Of a stretch of 64,000 nucleotides of DNA, positions 24,310 through 36,133 are shown one piece after another. The notes beneath the pieces were generated by a model. It did not search any database. It was not told the DNA's origin and was given only the letters and a program-made list of their open reading frames with translations. The DNA lies in NCBI GenBank assembly GCA_021613535.1, contig CP075494.1, forward strand, positions 13,826,001 through 13,890,000. The letters are read 5' to 3'. Source of the stretch: Adineta vaga (lineage: Eukaryota > Animalia > Rotifera). Both the position numbers and the translations under genes were made by a program. Numbering within the stretch: the first letter of the stretch is position 1; each line of letters opens with the position of its first letter.

Positions 24310-27300
24310 ATGAGGAAATGCAAGCGAGCTATTCACAGACATTTTGGTGGTGTCGGCAATTTTTTTGCCATGCTAATTCTAGTTGCTATTTCAGTGATTT
24401 TTATCAATACATTTGTTCTAACGAAACGAGATCGTAAGTTTTTTCAGATAAAAAGTTTGAATCTCTTCAAAATAATTGATTTTAGCATCAAATGAATCAT
24501 CAAATGACCATCCCTCTCAAGTAGAACTTGTTTATAATCAAAATCAAACGCTAAAACCTACGAAAAATGAACCTGCTGAACCACAACGAATTACCAGACC
24601 AGCAGTACCTGATGCTGGTATGTATAAAATTTTAATCTACATTTGCTTTCTAATTCATTTACTTTCTTAGGTTGTGAAATTGATGAAAAATGCTCAGATG
24701 ATTCCATTCCATATAAAGTTGTTTCAGGTGATGGAATAGAAAAATATCCAATTATATGTTTTAACAATAAATTGTATGTAATCAATACATGATAATTATA
24801 TATGATTTTATGTCTATGTTCTATAGATTGGTGCATAAAAATTTAAAAGATTCAAAGATTGGTCGTGGTGTTAATTTAGTTGCATTTGATGGAAAAACCT
24901 ATGATTTGAAATTAACTGAAACATTCGATACATATATTGAAGGTAAATAGAGAAATTATTTTTCAGATGAATTTAGTATTTTGTTCATTATATGATTAGA
25001 AACATTTTTTCTTCGAACTTTAAAATTAAATTTGAACGATGGTGATATTATTGTTCTTAGTAGTTTTGATGAAATGACATATGGGTAAGTGAGATTCAGA
25101 AAAGGGGAATATGAAGGATTTTTATTTCTATTTATTTCTAGTTTGAAAGAAGCATCATTATCAATCTTAGAGAAATATGGAAGTCAACTGATAAAAGTTA
25201 TTAAATTTCGAGATTCATTTGTTATGATTGGACAAAAAGGATTAGCACGTGGAAAGGCAATTGAAACTGTAAGTGACATAGTCGTTCATTTTCTTAATCA
25301 TAATTTTGAAATTCTTTTCAGCATCAACCTAAAGGTAATCGTGATTTTGCTCCAACTGCACATATAAGTGGTTGTGCAAAATTTCCTTGTATGTTTTCTT
25401 GTCTATTCTTTTTCAATTCATTGAAAAACTTTTCTTTAGTGGGTCAAATTACACCTTTATCGTTTCCAACGTCAGACGTGAAAAAAGACGGAAATATTGT
25501 AACAGGTACATCGATTAAAAATTGTGGTTTATCAGAAATGTGTAAAGAAAATGAATTTGCTGTACATGTTTACACTGGGAAAGATAAAGATGATGAACCA
25601 AAAATATGTGTCGATGGAAAATATGTTATGGCCAAAGGTATTAATGATGCAGGACGTGGTATCAATATTGTTGTTGTTTCAAACGGAAAAGAAGTCATTC
25701 GTACTGGACATTTCGATACATGGCAAGAAGGTTATTGAGAAAATTTCTATTGTTCTTTGTTTCTTATTGATTGTTATTTATTTAGATAGTACAAATTTAG
25801 AGATCTTCTTGGAAAATCTTGAAGATAATGTAATTCTTATTGCTGTAACATTCGATGAAGCGTCAACAAAGTAAGTTCTATGTGATGATTTCTTCATGCA
25901 TCTTTCATATGATTTGATCCTATTATATGTCTGTGTGTACGTATATGTATAAATCTATGTATTTGTTTAGTTTACGAAATTTTACTCGGATTGTATTACA
26001 AGGTATTGGCAGTCAGAAAATAAATTCACTTGCTTTCCGTGATTCCTGGGCGCTTATTCATCATTTCAAAACGAGCATCAATTATAACTTCGAAGAGGTG
26101 ATAATCATGAGTTTATATATGAATATGGAAACGAGAATGAGTGAACAGAACATCCGAATTTTCCCATTATTTCTTTTATCGAAAAATTGAATACAATGTT
26201 TCACACGTTTTAATTTGATCGGTTTTGCTTGTCTTTCTATTTATATATTTAGGCTTAGTCAGTACAGTAGAAATCTCTTTTTTGATCTTGGCAGTGGAAC
26301 GATACAAAATTTGAAGTATCGCGACGTTTGGGTGCTCGTTGGTCAAAAGGGCATTAAAGGTTTTAGCCCATACGAAGAGGTTTGTTTTTCATTTGAGCTT
26401 CTGAATGGCTGTTGTACAAACAAACGATTACGAATACATACGCTTTTTTTGTGACAAGTGTTTCATACGTACCCTTATAATTTTTTTTACGTACCTTCGT
26501 AGGTGATTAGGGATACTATATCAATTTTTTTTTCTATCATAATGGGAAAATGGGATTCTGCTCACTCATTCATTTCATAATTAATATGCATGTTACGTTG
26601 TAAATATGTTTTTACTAATTATTTTGATATTTATTTTAACGCAAGTATGTATGTATGTATTTAGATATCCCATGCAGGCACTGGAAATCTATATGCAAAT
26701 CCTATTGACAAACGAATGTGTGTTCCACAAACATGTAAGTAAAATTACGATAAATATTTATAGTTGATAGATCCTAATAAAACGTAAGCAAATCAGTCTA
26801 TTAATATCTAAAAGACATGACTCTATTTATAAACAATTTAATTGAAAATATCACTTCTAACACGATTATTTTTTGTTTTCAGTGAAAGGAATTAAAATTC
26901 GTCCCGATCCATTACCTTTTCGTAATGATAAACGTCGTGATTTCTGTTCTCGTTATGATGGTTATGGAGATTTCTGTAGTGGTAAGTTTTCATATTGTCT
27001 ATCCATGTTCTTGTCTACACAACAATGCTTCTCTTTTTTCGAAGATGTAAATGTCGATAAAAGCTTATCAAGTGTTCCATTATTAAATAAGACACTAGAA
27101 GATAATCCAATTTATTCAACACCGATTCTTGTCGTCGCCGGTTTGTTGTGAATTCGTTTGATTTTTGATAACAACTTTGAAATATTTAGGAATATCACAT
27201 AATTCACTTCGAATGTGTTTGGAAACTTTACTTATGCAACCAGGCATTCTCGTTGAAAATGTGCTAGTATGTATTCGAGTTCATCTGAACAAGTTGATTT

Positions 27301-28614
27301 AAACGATTTTCTTTAGATTGCTGTAGATGAAAAATTTTCGGAATCATTAGCTCTAATTGATCTCTTTGGATTTCATGGAGAAAAAACAACAAGTAGTTCG
27401 ACATATATGGGTAATTATGAAGCGAATATGTACAAAATAAAAATGAATGCTTGTATTTTTAGAACATTACGAAAAAGCATTGAAAAAAATTTGGGAACGT
27501 CACCCGACTAAAGTAATATTTGTCTATGTCTTTCTGTGAGTTGTTTAATTTTCTTTTAGGATAAAGTGATTGTTATCGAAGAAGATTTGATATTATCACC
27601 TGATTTTCTTTATACATTGGCGTTATTAAGTGAAACATTTCGAAAGGATGAAACTATTGGAGGAATACAAATGTGGAATCCTAATTGTAAGAAAAACAAA
27701 AGAAAATTTTTATGATTGATTTGATCTGATTTTTCGTTTAGCTTATGATCATGTTAATGGTTCACTTGAATTGATCTATCGTGTTGATAATCTATATGGT
27801 TTAGGATATCTATTACGACGTTCATTCTATGATAAAAATATAAAAGATTCATTTCAACAATGTTGTTCAAAACGGTAGATTTTTTTTATCAAAGAAAAAC
27901 GTTTCGTTAATGAAAGATTTTGTTTTCAATCGATTGTAGAGTTTGGGATAAATGGACATTTACAGATACATCATCATCATTTCTTATGCCCGATATTTCA
28001 CGTATCTTTCGACGACCCATTGATGGCAATCGAGTGAATACGAAATATTTAGAAGTATTATTCAATCAAAAACGAAGAACAAGTTTGTAAGTTTCCATGA
28101 AATGATTCATATCGATTGAACGAGATTTTTCCTATTCAGAAAAACACTTCACTCATTTTTTCATAGTAGTACTACAGATTTTGATTTGTCTTTTAGAAAT
28201 CCATTTCCAGCTTTATCAAATATTGATACACTTCGTAAAGAAAAATATGATACATATGTCACAAAAATCATTCAATCAGCAACACTAATTAAATCATTAG
28301 AACAATGTGATACGATCAATTCAAATATGCATAGTCTAATTCAAAATCAAAATACGTAAGAGACTTGTTTTTGTTTTCTTCAAACTTGAAACTTTTTTCC
28401 TATTTTTAGATCGGACACATTTAAATATGTTTACGAACAACAATCTGAAAATGATATAACGAAACTTCTTCCAGTTCTCCCATGTTTTGGATTATTTCCA
28501 ATTGAACCACTTGGTCTTTATCATGGCATTCTACGTTTTAGTTCAAATAGATACAACTTTTTCCTTATAGGATCGAAATCATCTTTATATACGAGTATTT
28601 CAACTGCTATTTAA
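24310..28614 (+). CDS. POMGNT1-like GT13 glycosyltransferase: type II TM, two ILEI/PANDER domains, catalytic domain; mutually exclusive exons
   Basis: N-terminal TM; GRGVN...FDT...FDE...FRDS (ILEI 1); GRGIN...FDT...FDEAS...RD(S/V)W (ILEI 2); RRDFCSRYDGYGDFC; VIVIEEDLILSPDF; GLGYLL; VWD; MPDISR; many short introns. Confidence 0.85.
25971..26097 (+). other. mutually exclusive exon A (127 nt) of the POMGNT1-like gene
   Basis: tttag|...gaagag|gt; LRNFTRIVLQGIGSQKINSLAFRDSWALIHHFKTSINYNFEE. Confidence 0.8.
26253..26379 (+). other. mutually exclusive exon B (127 nt) of the POMGNT1-like gene
   Basis: tttag|...gaagag|gt; LSQYSRNLFFDLGSGTIQNLKYRDVWVLVGQKGIKGFSPYEE. Confidence 0.8.
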
Positions 28615-30099
28615 GATATTTTTATTCTCGTCAATGAATCTCTTATTCTTTTCTGTTATCATATATTTGAATTATAGATTGAACTTGCTTCGAAAACTTC
28701 TTGTCTTCTGCTCTAGTCTTATTTATAACCATTTGTTGATGAGAAAAGGATTGCAATACTAACTTATGGCTATATACAGGTGTTACATTCCATTTCGATC
28801 ATTTGTTTTTTCAATTTTTTAAAAATATACATATACAATTGAGGATGATAGAAGTTTTGAGTATTGCCTGTGTGTATTTGATATGATTTGAAGATCCCAT
28901 TTATTTTGCATATTTTTTTGTTATTCTCTTCGCGTTTTCTTGTTTTTTTTTCTCTTCTAGTACGTGGATGTTTAAATAAAAAACGAAACTTATTTAAAAA
29001 CAATTCTTTTGAAATAGAGAACGAGAGGGAGACGTAAGTTTGTGTGTATTTGTTTCTTGACATTGCACAAGGAAGCGGATGAATGTGTTCGAACTATATC
29101 GTAGTCTGCTGAGCCGCTTAAGATACTCTTATCGACACGATATTATTAACAGTTTCTTTTGAAAATTAAACACAAAGAGAATGTTCCCGACACAAATTCA
29201 ATTCACATGATTTCTCGCTTCTAATACATTCGTCCTGTTCTGTTATCTATCAATTGAAGTATAACACATTCTCACCAATAAAATTATGTTCCATTAGTTC
29301 GGAGACTGTTTTATAATCCAACATTTTCTATGTATAGACATGTCAATATAATTACTACGCGCAAAAAATCATTTATTATTCTTCCGTTTTAAACACAAAT
29401 AGCATCTGGTCGATGAAGGTTTTATTGTTGACTTACATTCAACATAGATAAACATCTGATCGTTGACAATTTAAAGAAAAAATTGTTATAGTCGAAAATT
29501 TTTTTATATGTTTTTTTCATTGTTTTAGTAACAAACTTTTTTCAAGTGATCAAACATACGTAACTTATATCTCACGTCTTTTTCTTTCACGCAGTTTAAT
29601 TCCTCGTGAACATTGTTTATATATATATATATTCTTTTTTTAAGATGAAAGTCTTTTGTCTTAAAATTGAATGCAATTTCATTGGCCTCTTTCAAGTATA
29701 TCTATATATTCACTAAGAGTGTTTTTTCTTTCCTTGCATCGATACTCGTTTTATATATTTGTTTATTTTGTAATTTTGCCTATGATTTTAAACAAAAAAA
29801 AACTTCAATCACCAAACAAATGGATTAAAAACCGAAAGAAACAATTTAGAATCACTAAAATCGAGCACGTGAATACAAGACAAAGTAAATATTCACTTAA
29901 TGACTACAGGGAAACGAGAGGAAAGTAAGCCGGTTGCTTACGATGATTTTTGTTATTTGTTGTTGTTTTTGTTGTTCGTTAAAACTATGATGATCGTTCA
30001 TTTGCTTGTGTCGAACTTGAAATACATTTGTTTTACAGGAGAAAAATATTGTGAAAAAATTTTTAATTTGTTGACAATTTGCCAACTACACAATTCGAT

Positions 30100-31871
30100 A
30101 TGCGCTTAAAAACACTACGCAAAAATCGGCCACCATTGGAAATTGAAGGTAGGTTAAGAGAAAAGTATGATTCTCAGAAAGATTATTTTCTCCTATTGAC
30201 AATTCAAACAAACATTTTCTTTCCACCAGGTGCTGTTCTTAGTGGAAATCGAATGGATATAGTAACTACAGATCTAAGAACAGTTCATCATCGATCTAAT
30301 ACTTCATTTGCTTTACCAACATCGTTAGAAAAAGAAATCGCTTATTCATATTTATCACCATATGATCAAATGCATGAAATAAGTTCACATTCTTTCCAAG
30401 ATCCAGATCTTTTAACAGCATCTCAATCGACAGATTTATCATCCTATAAAGCAATTCAACAAGCTTATCTTCAACATGGAATTCGAATACGTCTTAGTCA
30501 GAGAAAAGCTTCATCAGCAACACGTTCAAGACCCGAAAGAAAATCGATTCATAGTGCTCGACCACATACGGCCAATATTCGGCAACAGTCAGCTAAACCT
30601 ACCAATGTTCTTCAAGATGCTACGACAAAACAAAATGAAGATCATGATGCTCAATCCTTTAGTACTCCACAACAAACTTCTTTGAATGATTTTGAACAAA
30701 TCCATGTAAATAATGTGTCGGATGATGAATTACAATCGCCAATAAATGATGAAATACCTGAAGATTATTATTCAACATCATTTATTACCAGTCAACATTT
30801 CCACCTAGATACTCCACAAAGAAGAACACAATCTACAAATCCAATTACACCTACAACAACAATACTAGATGATGACGATCCTGATATCATTTACATGAGT
30901 TCTCTATTGAAAATAGCCAGTGTCGAATCGTTCCGAGGTATAATTATCCAATAATATATGCTATATTTTCTTCTATTTTCCTCATTATCATCTATAGATA
31001 CAAACTGTCGACAGAGTGCTGTACGTCGAACATTTTCTGCTCGGCCTTATTCCCTCAATGATAGATCAATGTCATCCAAACAAAAAGAATCACGTGAAAG
31101 ATCACCTATCAATCAAAGACATACATCAACACAAAGTACAACTAATACACCAATTTCAACAGTATCATCAAAGAAAATTGATAATGATATTCGTAAACAT
31201 GCATCACGTATGCAACATCCATCAAAAGAGTATATAGCAAAATGTTATGGTGCACAAGCAACACGAATTGGTAGTGCATCATCAAGAGATATATCTACCC
31301 CTACTGTTAATACTCCCAGAAAAAATTCCAAAAATAAAACATTGAAATCGAACAGTTTGGTAAGTATAAAAATTCGTTTCTTTTCTCAATCTTTTTATTC
31401 GATTATTTTTAGGAACCTTTTGACCATCTTTTAACGCCATACCAACGATCAACATCGTTATCAATTGATGATTTTCCCATCACGAAAACAGTATCAATGA
31501 ATAATAATCGCAAATCATCTAGTAAACATTCAAAACCTACAGCGATATCAACAGATGAAAATCAATCTCATTCCGTCACACAAGAAAATTCAACTTCACC
31601 ATCGATAGCAAATAAAGGAGAATTCTCATTGATGCAAACATCTCCGAATGATCTCGCTCCTCAATCCAATGTATATGATTCTCATTGGCATGATTGCAGT
31701 AATAGTATTGAATGTGATGGACGAAGTTTAACATCATCAAGTATTGTTCAGATTCCAAGTTCAATTCTCACCGGACAATTAGCTGCTTCTGCATCACGTC
31801 GGACACAGAAAAGAGTTTCATTTTATGAAGAACCTCGACCTGTGGTTCTAACGACAACAACTTATGTATAA
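30100..31871 (+). CDS. uncharacterised Ser/Thr/Arg-rich, probably disordered protein (4 exons); KRVSF PP1-docking-like motif near the C-terminus
   Basis: ATG at 30100; introns ~30149-30229, ~30938-30997 and ~31360-31412 link the long ORFs. Confidence 0.65.
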
Positions 31872-32082
31872 AACAAAATGAAAGATTGTGCGTGTGTGTG
31901 TTTGTATTTGTTTGTAAACATCGTTCTTTCTCACGTTTCAAATAATAATCATAAAGAGTTGCATAGAAGCATAAAGTTTTGAGAATTTATAATTAATTTT
32001 GTAATGAGAAAGGAAAAAATTGAATCAGAAAAAGAATTAGACATTCTTTACATCGAGAAAATACAGACGACAGGCAACAACA

Positions 32083-34064
32083 ATGAGATGTAAGTTTACT
32101 GGAAAGATAAGTTTCGGAAAAAATGTATTTTTTTGTCATAAGATTCACAATTTTTGATGAAATTTCGAAAAGATAATATTCATCGGATGTTCCTAGATAG
32201 ATCTTTTAAGAATTGCTATAATCATTTGCAGAGTTAGTTAGAAGAATCTTATTTTCTTACATCTGAGAATATCGTTCGTTATCTTTTTTATTTCGATTTT
32301 CTCGAATATAAGTTGTTTAATACATTTGAATAAAACAAATTCTTTCAAATCGTTCGTTTATTATTAAAAAAGGTATGTTAGAATGCCACGATGAACCTTT
32401 TTTTTTATAGCTGAATCACCTGAACGACCAGAATCAACAAATTCAATTCGTCGAAGTGCCCGACAATGTTTACATAATCCATCAGTACGTCGTGTTTATG
32501 CAGTTGAAAATGGTCTAGCTTTTGATAATTCGGCATTAGCCATCGATGCATCGAATCTCGTCAACAGCTCAGATACACGGACAACGACAGCATCGGACAC
32601 AAAGGAATATAATCGTTATAATACTCCTATTAATCCATTGAAACATGTAGTCTCTATGAATTCAAATGAAAAGATTCAAGTATAAATCATTTTTCTTTAC
32701 TCTAGTTTAATGTTTTGATACGAATGTAGGTTCGAATTCGTTGTCTTTTTCTGCGTGTTGGCGAAATTGATACATTACATGAACGATATTATGCTGAAAT
32801 TTTACTCCAAGCATCATGGGAAGATCCTTCGTTTCATAATACATTCAATCGAATCTTTGATCCGGCGACCTGTTGGACACCTCAACTTGAATTAATGAAC
32901 GGTATTGGTGAATTAAAAGATGAAATTACCTATACTATTCGTTTTAATAAACAAGAAATTGCAACAGTAACTGAACATCATCAATTAAAAGGTACATTAT
33001 GGGAACGTATGGAATTACAATATTTTCCATTAGATATTCAAAACTTATCAATTATTATTACCAGTTCACGTACAAATACAGAAATGATTTTTGAAAAGAA
33101 TCTAAAAAAACCATCCGGTGTCAATCGACGAGTATTTACTGATGAACAAGAATGGTATCTTTTTGAACATGTTCAAATTGAAATTACAGAACAAATCGAT
33201 GAATTTATTGATGATGGACATAATCATTCAGTAGTCATTTGTTCTTGTCATGCAGCACGGTAAAATTGAAAAAGAAAATATGTGTTTACAAAATCATGAA
33301 ATTTTCTTTCTAGGAGATACGGATATTATATGTGGAATGCATATTTTCTCATTTTTTTGATAACGTCAGCAAGTTTTACAACATTTCCTATTCCTTTAAC
33401 AAAGTATGCACTTGTTTTGAAATTAAAATAATTTGTTTATTTTCCTTTTAAATAGTATTCAAGGCCGTATACAAATTTCTTGTACACTACTATTAACTTC
33501 AATTACATTTCGATGGTTATGCAACAAAGCATTACCGTAGTGATTGATTTTTTTCTTGTAGATCTTTTATCTTTGTGTCTATTTGATTTAGAACAATATC
33601 TTATTTAACAGCAGTAGATGTCTATGCTATTGGAAGTATCTTCTCTGTTTGTCTTCTGAATATATGTATGTTTGAAAAAGATATCGAATTGATAATTTGT
33701 CTTGAGAGATTGATTTTTAGATCATGGTGTTATTGGATATGTGAATTATTATTTTGCAACAAACTTAGGAAAACCAACTGATGTGACAACAAGTGTATCT
33801 TATATAATTATTATTGATCGTTGGGCCCTTGTCGTTTTTACAATCTTATTTTTTGCTTATCAAATTGGTACCATTATTTGGATGCTTTGTGTTCCGTTGC
33901 GAAGACGGCGATTAATGTTTAAAAAAGATAAAGAAAATCGTTTGGCTATAACATCAAGTTATAACAATGCAAATGCAACATTTATTGACGTATTAAAAGG
34001 TGCAAAGAAATCATTAAATCATGTTCATACTGAACTATCAATAGTATCGCATACAGAACGTTGA
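32083..34064 (+). CDS. Cys-less pentameric ligand-gated ion channel subunit (start tentative)
   Basis: FLRVGEIDTLHERYYAEILLQASW, WTPQLELMN, LQYFPLDIQNL (Pro-loop, no flanking Cys), R|RYGYYMWN M1, GRIQISCTLLLTSITF M2, LP|TISYLTAVD M3, IDRWAL M4. Confidence 0.82.
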
Positions 34065-34359
34065 ATACAAAACTTTTTATAAAGCAAGATCGATAGTTTG
34101 CGTCCGTTTATTTTATTATTATTCAATTAAAAATTAAGAATTCAATAAAAATGAGAGAAAAACAACAGTTAATATAATAAAAAAATTTCAACAAGTTGGA
34201 AGAAATTTAGTCGTTAGGAAGAAAAAGGCAAAAATTTGTTACATACCCGATGTGTTTCAAAATGAGAAAAGAAAATGAAACAATCTCACTGTTGCATAGA
34301 AATATCTGCAGAGAAAATTGAATAAAGGATAAATAGTTTCGCATCAATGTCAATTGTAG

Positions 34360-34852
34360 TTAAACTAAAATTGATTTCTCTTTTGTAGCCTTATTGAAAA
34401 ATGGTACTTGATATACTAAATCTGGTTTTAAATAGAGAAAGATCGAAAATATAACTAGTAGAGCACCAAGAGCAAATAAAGTTGTCAATTGAAAATCAAA
34501 TAGTATCATACTAATAATACATGAGATTATGATTGCAGCAGAAGTTGAGAAACCTTTTAAAATATTATCTGCATGTTTAACAACAAGAGCAACAAGAAGA
34601 CCGCCAGCCGATTGAACTGTTATTGTTAACCAAACAACGTCAGTATAACCAAATAGGAAACCTTTTCGATGAATTTCTGCTCCATCTTGTAGTAACATCA
34701 TTAGACAACCAAAGAATATACCAAAAATACCTAATTGAATGTTACGTATCCATACGGATACATTACTTCCTTTGAGAATCTTTTCAAAATAAACACCAGC
34801 TAAACCACTTAATATACCTTGAAATTGAATTGATGAATTTGAATTTTATAAA

Positions 34853-34883
<31 letters not shown>

Positions 34884-35601
34884 TTACAAGCACTAACGAC
34901 AGAAATAAGTCCTTTGAAAGCATTGACATCTTGTTTAGGAACGGTGGAAGTCATATTTTCAAGTTGTACAAGAGAAACACCAAGAAATAGAAGAAATAAT
35001 GCAAACCATTGAATAAGTTTAAATGTACGACCCAGTATCAGTACCATGAAAACAGCTGTAGTAAAAATTTTGAATTGAAAACTGACCTAAATATACAATC
35101 GAAGATTTTTATTGAATAAACATTAATCTTCAGTTACTTGACATGTTGCTGCATCTAAATTTGAAATTGATACAAAAAGAAGATAATTTTGTATTGTATA
35201 AAGAAATGCTGGTATTCCAGTTTTAATCATATCATTTGTTTCACGAAAGACTTTTTCATAAATTAATTTCAAACTTCTAAAAACATTTCCTTCTTCATAA
35301 AGTAGTAATACAATACTCAGAATTGTCTTTTGAATTTCAGAATTTAGAACAGCTGTTGAATTTATAAATCGTGGTCCTGTCGTTGTTCGTACATATCGTA
35401 ATAATAAGATACTTGTAACATTTTGAAAAGTTAACAGAAATAAACTAACATATTTCATATGAAATGAAAATGATGACGTGTAATTAATCGTTGGTAATTT
35501 ATTGTCTATAAATGAATGAGAAAGAAAATATGTTAGAATATGTAATCGAATAGAAATCAAGGCTTTTCACTTCACACCATGCGGTTACTCATACTTTTCA
35601 T
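34360..35601 (-). CDS. UDP-galactose/UDP-GlcNAc transporter, SLC35A family (start tentative)
   Basis: MKYVSL...QN, STAVLNSE, IPAFLYTIQN, SNLDAATCQ, SGLAGVYFEKILK, VWIRNIQL, GGLLVALVVKHADNILKGF. Confidence 0.9.
34853..34883. repeat. (AAC)n microsatellite inside an SLC35A intron
   Basis: about ten aac units. Confidence 0.85.
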
Positions 35602-36133
35602 TTCCTTTTCCTCTAATTTTAGTAGTGATAACGAATTCATTCGTCTCTTTTTACACACTAAAAACAAATTAAAAAAAATGTGTTAATCAGTTAGTTCTGA
35701 TACTCTTTTTCTTTCTCAGATAATCCTAATAAACTTGAAGAATAAATCAATAAATATTCATAAAAATCGCCATGCAATATCATCATACCTGATTCACAAT
35801 CGTTGACTTCATTCATCATTTGATCCTTCTTAAAAAGAAAAAACATTGTCAACAAAAGTATATTCGATTATATTCTTTTACCTCGGAAGTCATTGTCATG
35901 TATATTCAATTGATGTAAACATAATACGTCATGGATCGCTTACCAAAAGACATTATTATAATCTAAAACACAAGCGATTATCATTGTGTACAAAACGCAT
36001 ATTTCTTATTGGTTCGGTTTCATGAATAAAAAACAAACAATCAGTCAATCGAGTATAAAAAGAAGAAGAAAAAAATACACTAGAAAATATCAATTGCATG
36101 TACAAAATATAGGAAAATTTTCAAGCATGATGT

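Noticed and set aside
25971-26379. Both 127-nt exons as constitutive tandem exons
   Set aside because: Phases are incompatible; joint inclusion shifts the frame
29073-29119. SECIS element (ATGA...AA...TGAG)
   Set aside because: Helix II cannot form, and no in-frame TGA selenoprotein lies upstream
28770-30109. Short hydrophobic or Lys-rich ORFs here and at 2745-3005, 7842-8167, 17849-18133, 20449-20733 and 48088-48958
   Set aside because: Composition matches AT-rich UTR or intergenic noise, with no motifs or splice support
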